Shown here one piece after another: positions 57,625-64,000 of a DNA stretch of 64,000 nt. Position 1 is the stretch's first letter, and each line of letters opens with the position of its first letter. The position numbers and the translations under genes were made by a program. The stretch lies in assembly GCA_000004985.1 (NCBI GenBank), contig GG738855.1. One strand, given 5' to 3'. Below the pieces are notes generated by a model. The model was not told where the DNA came from and did no database searches. It saw only the letters and a program-made list of their open reading frames with translations. The stretch is from Naegleria gruberi. Lineage: Eukaryota.

Positions 57625-58708
57625 ATGACTGGAGAAGACCCACAATATGAAGACATCTTGAATAACTTAACGAGCGCCATGACCCCACATAGTCTTGCGA
57701 CTGGAGGTGGAGGTTTTTTAGGAGGATATGGAATGGTTAGTACACCACTTCCTACAAGTGTTTCTACACCTTTACCACCATCGACACCAGTGCCAGGTAC
57801 ACCAATGATGGCACATTCATCCTATTCTTCTCCTTATACACCAATTCCTGTACAAACACCAATGCCGACATCAACACCTCTTCCCTACGGAACACCTTTA
57901 CCTTATGGTATGAATACATCAAGAGAAATGGGACCTCCAACAACATCAACACCAATGCCTAATCAATATGCCTCTACACCTAGTAATCAAGTCCCTGAAT
58001 TGGACAGTGGAGGTATTATTCCAGTTATTCAGTAAGTAATAGTATTAATTTTAATGTGGTGCTAACAAATTTTGTGATGATCAATATGTTATCCTAATTT
58101 ATTGTTATTAGAAATGTTGTTTCTACGGTAAATCTTGCTTGCGAATTGAAATTAAAGATGATTGCTTTGCACGCAAGAAATGCTGAATATAATCCTAAAC
58201 GTTTTGCTGCTGTGATTATGCGTATTCGTGAACCAAAAACTACAGCTCTGATTTTCCAAAGTGGTAAAATGGTTGTGACCGTAAGTAATAATTTATTTCT
58301 AATTTATATAATTGTCACATTATTTAGGGTGCTAAATCTGAGGAAGAATCTAGATTAGCTGCTAGAAAGTATGCTCGTATTATTCAAAAATTGGGTTTTA
58401 ATGCTAAATTTACAGAATTTAAAATTCAAAATATTGTCGGAAGTTGTGATGTTGGATTTCCAGTTCGTCTTGAAGGTTTGAACTGTCAACATCACAGTTA
58501 TGCAAGTTACGAACCTGAAATTTTCCCTGGTCTCATTTACAGAATGGTTGACCCAAAGGTTGTCTTGTTGATCTTCGTTTCAGGAAAGATTGTTCTTACT
58601 GGTGCCAAACATAGAGATACTATTTATCAAGCTTTCCAAAATATTTATCCTGTTTTGAGAGATTTCAAGAAGGAAGATAATGTACAACCAATAGCAGAGG
58701 AACAATAA
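57625..58708 (+). CDS. TBP: TATA-box-binding protein (TBP); 3 exons (57625..58031, 58112..58271, 58328..58708)
   Basis: The introns are 58032-58111 (GTAAGT..TTAG) and 58272-58327 (GTAAGT..TTAG), frame-checked. The conserved core [56 protein letters not shown]|[51 protein letters not shown]...[34 protein letters not shown] is nearly identical to the canonical TBP repeat domain. The N-terminal 135 aa is a P/T/S-rich low-complexity region. aaaaaaATG start context. Confidence 0.85.
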
Positions 58709-58771
58709 ATGTTGCTGCTCTGATTGGCGCACAAATCAATACTAACTTGTTGAATATCAATTTAATACTGT

Positions 58772-61132
58772 TTATTCTTCTCTTGAATTGAGTATTACAT
58801 TATCAAAATTGATATCATATTCCATTAGCTTCTTATTATGAAGATAGTTTCTTCGTTTTTTAACAATGATAACCAAAACTATTAAGGAAACAACAAAAGC
58901 CAACACAAATAATCCTACCACAACAAGGACTACCTGTACATTAAATAAGGTTTCTTTCAAACTTGATGTCAACACAATTGGGACCACAGGGATGATATTG
59001 TTCGACTTGACAATCTTTACACTCACTGAGAATGAATACTCACTACTTGGCAAATGATGAAGTTTTGTAAAATTCATGTAAACTGTGCAGTTAGTTTCCA
59101 ATACGAGAGTGAAAGGAGTTAGCTTGGTACTTGTTGTCTCCGTTCCATCCATTCGGTTGACTATTCGGATAGCACTGGCAACTGCCTCCAAATTCTCAAA
59201 ATCAACGACTATCACTGCCGAGTTGATAAATAGTTTACTTTCTAAGGTTTCTCCTTTTTCCAATGAAGGAGAAACACTAATTATTGGATTTTCAATAATA
59301 CCAATAATGAAATCTAGAAAAGCTTAAAGCATATCGTTACAACTTTGAAACTTACATTGTTCTTCAACTTGTGGAGAAACTAATCCACTTTTAGAATCAA
59401 ATGCAACAACCTTCAAATTGTTAAGTCCTTGATTTTTCAACATAATTGTGGCAAAATCTTGAATAATCAATGTCGTATTGTCATGTGTAATAGTTGAATT
59501 ATTATCGCTTTCACTCAATGCCCTTAGTAATACTGTTGTAGTTCCCAACATATTTGGTTTAGTTATGGAAGAGATGCTACTTTCGGTTGTGTAGATGAAT
59601 CCATCACATGAATGATCTTTGGAATAGATTTGAGCACATTTGAGAGAAATTTCTAATGGACCAACATTTGTTGTGGAAGAAACAGATAGAATTGGTTTCG
59701 GAATGTAGTATAATGAGGAATAAACTTGAGAGGACCATTCACTAGTTATATTCTTTTCGTGATCATAGCATGTACATGTTAAATTTAAAGGATGAGTAAT
59801 TGTTTGGTTAAGGGATGAATGCCGTGTTGAGGTATAGTTGACCGAGTTCAGAAAACACTCAACAATTGAGTTTAGGTTTGGGCAAGTTACAGAAATTTGA
59901 GATCCGAATAAATTTCCAATAATAGCATCATTCAAAGGTTCAAAAATTGGTTTCTCCACCACTTGTTTCATTTGATCTTTTTAAAATTGTTAAAATTCTT
60001 TCACTTGACAATCAACTTACAACTTAATTCAATGATAGGACTTGGATAACAAGTTGAGGAAATAGAATAAACCTCAACATTATGTTTCCTTCCATCATTT
60101 ACAATCATAATAGAACCATTCAACAAGATAAAATCTCCGTCATCGATCGAATAAAAAACTTGAACATTTGATGGAGTGAAACTAATAGAAATAGAATCAT
60201 CTGTGTATGTACCACTGGTTTTTGATGGAACAGGAAGAGAACATTGGGGAGGTATTTCATAAATTCTAGAAGCCACTTCACTCTCTAAAACAATACCATT
60301 TGGATAGATTTTTTGAGTTTTGGCTACAACATGTACAAGTAAATTCTCAGAACTTGCCATGATCGTGAATGGTATTTCATAATTATTGTAAGAAACACCA
60401 TCTAGTGAGGATATTTCATGGGTACTGACATGATACATGATTTCCTCAGTTGACCTACATGCATGTGTTTAAGCATGTGTTAAGGTCACACATGTGTCAG
60501 TATTAATATCAATGATGTGGGACAAATGGAAAAGTGATAAAACCAAAAAGATGAGAAAAAAATCTAAATATGAATAACTTACCAAATATCCAGATCACCA
60601 ACCAGTTGTCCAAACATGTTAATGTAAATAGTTAGAGGTATAGCATCCGCAGCTGAATAATGTTCTGGTAAAATAATAGGTGGTTTGGGATTACTAGTTT
60701 AAAAGGAAATTTCTTATTTAAGAAAATAATTTTCGCTTACCTTAATACAATATGATAATTAAGGAATTTGAATGCTTGGACTCCTCCACTAGTACAAGTT
60801 ACATTGAGAGTAAAGTTTGAATAAAAAGGGGATGAATAATTGTATGTTGTACTTTGGTTTTTGTTGTACAAATTAAGAAGTGGTGATTGCTCATTCTCAT
60901 AAAATGTTGAAATGGTTAAATTAGTTTCCACTCCTGTTGAAAATTCAGTACAAGACACCGATGGAGAGATTGGAAAATAATAAATCACATTATCTGGATG
61001 TGATATGAAGATGAGATCTTTAGAGAGTGCAATCCGATTCAAGAGTAACAGAAGCATGAGTACGAGAATGAAGAAGTGAGGTGTTAAAGTTTGCTGCATT
61101 TTGTTTTGATTGATTAAATAGGAAACTAACAT
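58772..61132 (-). CDS. type I transmembrane glycoprotein (hypothetical), multi-exon (at least 4 exon segments)
   Basis: The N-terminal exon (60737-61132) has a signal-peptide-like hydrophobic core (FFILVLMLLLLLNRIALS) and many N-x-S/T sites. Internal exons (60001-60438, 59324-59971) are Cys-rich extracellular segments. The last exon (58772-59263) carries one TM helix (VVLVVVGLFVLAFVVSLIVLVIIV) followed by a KKRR stop-transfer and a short cytoplasmic tail. Exact junctions were not resolved. Confidence 0.4.
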
Positions 61133-61150
61133 TTATAGAACTTGGTTTGT

Positions 61151-63331
61151 CTACTCTTGAATCAGCCGTAAAAACTTCTTTTTCAATTCTACCTTGTCTA
61201 TCATTGGTTTCTTCTCTGATTGAACTGATTCTTGGTTTGTGTTTTGTTGAGTATGTTGAGAACCAGTGGTGGTTCCTATTTCGGATGCAGTATCACTTGA
61301 CTTTTCAGATAATTGTTGAATTTTCTTTTCTTCTCCTTCTTTTTCTCTGATTTTCCATCTTTCTTTAAAGTACAGAACCTTTTCATGTTCGCGATTGAAG
61401 AGGTTTCTAACAAGTTTTTCTTCATCTGGAAGAGGTCTTATTAAATTCTTAGGCACCTCAACAACAGATAGAGATCCATTCTGAGTACCAACTGCAATAA
61501 ATTGGAATGAGAGTTTTCCTACTCCCGTTCCAGATCTAAACTTGAGCTCTGTAAGAGGTACATTTTGTTGGGAAATTGAAAAGTGGGAAACCATACTACA
61601 ATCATGAGACTTATCCAAGAAGTCCCAAACTTCAATGAAACCATCACTTCGACCCAGTAGCAAAACACCTGGACGAGTAGGACTCCAACTTCCACATGAG
61701 TACGAAACATTGAACTTGAAACAACTAGTCCAAATTGGATCAGGGCAGCCAACTTTCCAAATTTTGCAAGTGGCTTTGCCAATAGTTAGCAAAATATCGT
61801 CAAAGAATGGACTTCTTGAAATTGAATGGGTCAATCCCAAATGGCCATTCGATCTTCCATAAATTCCGTTAGCAATATTCACAGAATTGAATGTTGTTTC
61901 TGCGTTAGCTCCCTCACCTTCAACCGGTGACCAATCTGCTGTGATAAATTCTCCTTCGGTTGTTGTACAGCACAATTGATATGGATTCTTCATGCTTACA
62001 GATAAGGCAAATGTTGGGAGTTCAGAAGTAAGATCCAACTGAAGAATTGGCATGACAGCAAATGGTATCCAAGCATCTTTCATTCTTTCACTCTTCTTGA
62101 CTGATAATCTTTTCTTTTCCTTTCTAATATCCCAAAGTATTATTTGAGAATCCATTCCTAGTGTTAAAAATTGATAACATTCTTCTTCATTGATTGCAGC
62201 CATTGTTCCATTATTTCTAACCTCTTTTCCTTTTGTAATCCATTGTATTCCTGTAACTGCACTCTTGTGACTCATTTCAGTCAATGAAATCTGAGAGTAC
62301 TCAAGAGTTGGTATCTGAGGCTTTTCAATTTCATCGCCCTTCATATCAATTATAATTTTTTCAAATTCCTTTTCTTCCTTTTCAATGTTCCAAATGAGTA
62401 TTTGGCCATTTATCATACCTCCTGCTAAAATATAGGGCATTGCAGGGTTGAATTGAATCGCACTAACATCATTGGGGGCATTAAGGATATAACTTGGATA
62501 GGTTGGATCTTGGAATGACCATATATACACTTGAGAAGATGTGGGTTTACCCAAATCCAATACCCTAGAGCTAAAATCTCTAATATCTATTGTACTTAAT
62601 GCAATAACGGCTCTATTATTTGGTTGCCAATCAAGGGAAGCAATTTTTCTGTATTTTGACATTGCGTGAGGGAATGATTGTATTTCTATGAATTGTGATT
62701 CCGATTTTGTTCCAATGAAAGAATCATCAATAACCAAATCAACAAAATCATCCTTGAAAATATCTATTGTTGTATTTTGATCTAATGCTTCAAAAAGCAA
62801 TTCGGAAACATTTTTCAAGAATTCTTCCACTGCAGGACTATCCATACTTTCCTGAATATCTGTTTGAGAGACTGATTCAGAAATGTTTACCTGAGAAAAA
62901 TGGTTAACCTTTCTGAACCACTCTGTTTGTGCTGTTGATTCAACTAGAGATTCTCCACATTGTACTCCATAATCCCTTTCCAATCGTTGATCTGCTGGTT
63001 GATATCTTGGGTCCTTAACAGGAGGGAAAAACCTGTATGAATCATTAGTATCCTCTTCAATATTTTGTATTTCCCTTCCGAAATGTTTAAATTTTCTAGT
63101 AAATCTCATCTTAGTCAGAGGTCTCAAAAGCTGGACTTTTTCTGCCATTATTTCCGCAGCAGTGTCTCTTTCCTCTTTTTGCTTTCCCGAATAAACTGAT
63201 GTAACTGTTGGTGGACGAGAGCCATTTTCCTCATTCTTTCCTTCGTTCCAATCTTCATTGTTTTCCTCCACTGGTTCAACGTCCATGTCATCATCGACAT
63301 GCATTGGCTCAATTAGATTATTGCTGCTCAT
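61151..63331 (-). CDS. WD40-repeat protein of the dynein intermediate chain family (axonemal-type IC-like)
   Basis: Continuous 726-aa minus ORF with ATG at 63329-63331. The roughly 180-aa N-terminal region is non-coiled; WD repeats follow, including the dynein-IC-typical pattern SQVYIWSFQDPTYPSYILNAPNDVSAIQFNPAMPYILAGGMINGQILIWNI (compare DNAI2 [51 protein letters not shown]). Other blocks are LTLGMDSQIILWDI and DGFIEVWDF. Which subtype (IC78/IC140/IC138/IFT-dynein) it belongs to cannot be decided by eye. Confidence 0.55.
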   Translation of the reverse strand: MSSNNLIEPMHVDDDMDVEPVEENNEDWNEGKNEENGSRPPTVTSVYSGKQKEERDTAAEIMAEKVQLLRPLTKMRFTRKFKHFGREIQNIEEDTNDSYRFFPPVKDPRYQPADQRLERDYGVQCGESLVESTAQTEWFRKVNHFSQVNISESVSQTDIQESMDSPAVEEFLKNVSELLFEALDQNTTIDIFKDDFVDLVIDDSFIGTKSESQFIEIQSFPHAMSKYRKIASLDWQPNNRAVIALSTIDIRDFSSRVLDLGKPTSSQVYIWSFQDPTYPSYILNAPNDVSAIQFNPAMPYILAGGMINGQILIWNIEKEEKEFEKIIIDMKGDEIEKPQIPTLEYSQISLTEMSHKSAVTGIQWITKGKEVRNNGTMAAINEEECYQFLTLGMDSQIILWDIRKEKKRLSVKKSERMKDAWIPFAVMPILQLDLTSELPTFALSVSMKNPYQLCCTTTEGEFITADWSPVEGEGANAETTFNSVNIANGIYGRSNGHLGLTHSISRSPFFDDILLTIGKATCKIWKVGCPDPIWTSCFKFNVSYSCGSWSPTRPGVLLLGRSDGFIEVWDFLDKSHDCSMVSHFSISQQNVPLTELKFRSGTGVGKLSFQFIAVGTQNGSLSVVEVPKNLIRPLPDEEKLVRNLFNREHEKVLYFKERWKIREKEGEEKKIQQLSEKSSDTASEIGTTTGSQHTQQNTNQESVQSEKKPMIDKVELKKKFLRLIQE

Positions 63332-64000
63332 TTTTTTTAAAGAGTGTCTACAAAGTTGGCGGGAAATATTGTATCATCGAAATTTGATCCATTTTGTATG
63401 ATCAACCAGGCTATTGATTCTGTGTTTCCGAAAGTTTATAAGATGGTGGTCCATTTGTGAAAATTATTGTCAAGGCTAAGTCCAAAATTTTTGAATTACA
63501 CGCTCAGTAATACTAACCCAAAAACCATTGGACTCACAAGCCAACTGCACTACAACACAGTTAAGCACTGACGAAACAATAAAAACAGAAGTACAAAAAC
63601 GAGACAACCAACCAACACAAGAAAAGAACAACACGCAGTCTAAGTGGGTCAAAGGAGGAGATAAATCACAGTTAATGTCCTGTCTAAGCAAACCAAACAA
63701 AATTTTGGAAGATTAGATTGAAGAATTCAATTGATAACCTATTATCAAGTAGTATTAAGAAGCATTTCTTAGGAGGACATATTCACCACTCTCAATAACG
63801 CCAGAGCAAAATTCAAAATGTTGGCTCTCGCTCAGCTTTCTTTTAAGCATTTTTGAGGACAAGAATTTTGTTTTTATCAAGTTTACAATAATATTGAAAA
63901 AGATATTGAAAGTGAAGGAAATCTCATTTGATCAAAATTGATTGAAGACGCACTAACTTTTACTCAACATGTACGAGTTTGTGCGTGCTCACAAACCCCA

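Noticed and set aside
1-64000. Prokaryotic/phage/defence-island interpretation (operons, CRISPR, toxin-antitoxin, mobile elements)
   Set aside because: Conserved eukaryotic proteins (TBP, eIF3c, DDX3, kinesins, CFAP58, ARMC9) are interrupted by GT..AG introns that restore conserved motifs. There are no Shine-Dalgarno-spaced operons, no direct-repeat/spacer arrays, and no transposase/integrase-like ORFs.

Overview
This 64 kb window is AT-rich nuclear DNA from a unicellular eukaryote, not a prokaryote or phage. Conserved proteins are encoded in exons separated by very short spliceosomal introns of about 37-90 nt, with GTAAGT, GTATGT, GTTAGT or GTCAGT donors and AG acceptors. Stop codons are standard and start codons sit in A-rich contexts (aaaaATG). 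Genes are densely packed on both strands, with about 35 gene models, and intergenic distances at several convergent 3' ends are only 7-20 bp. There is one assembly gap of 512 N at 36392-36903. Low-complexity Q/N/H/S tracts in several proteins resemble amoebozoan proteomes. However, the window carries a clear complement of cilium/flagellum genes: CFAP58, kinesin-9B (KIF6-like), kinesin-9A (KIF9/KLP1-like), ARMC9 and a dynein intermediate-chain-like WD40 protein. The source is therefore a flagellated protist or zoosporic organism, not a dictyostelid. Other confidently recognised genes are a DDX3/Ded1 DEAD-box helicase, eIF3c, TBP (3 exons), kinesin-5, eEFSec (the selenocysteine elongation factor, which implies a selenoproteome), a family-1 uracil-DNA glycosylase, a dual-specificity phosphatase, an ES1/GATD3 DJ-1-family protein, an RWP-RK transcription factor and an LPAAT-type acyltransferase broken by the gap. 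The most unusual items are four. First, an intact Rnl2-family RNA ligase (motifs I, III, IV, V present) in a eukaryotic nuclear context. Second, a Rho-like GTPase with a degenerate catalytic core (G12C, A13E, DTAGQE replaced by ELSSLK), a roughly 260-aa Ser-rich insertion and an intact CAAX box. Third, a ZC3H15/DFRP1 homologue that lacks both CCCH zinc fingers. Fourth, a divergently arranged flagellar gene pair (CFAP58 and KIF6-like) sharing a roughly 320 bp promoter region. The ORF track reports TTG/GTG/CTG-initiated ORFs as M. I re-derived true ATG starts and splice junctions by frame-checking, but the junction coordinates may be off by 1-2 nt.
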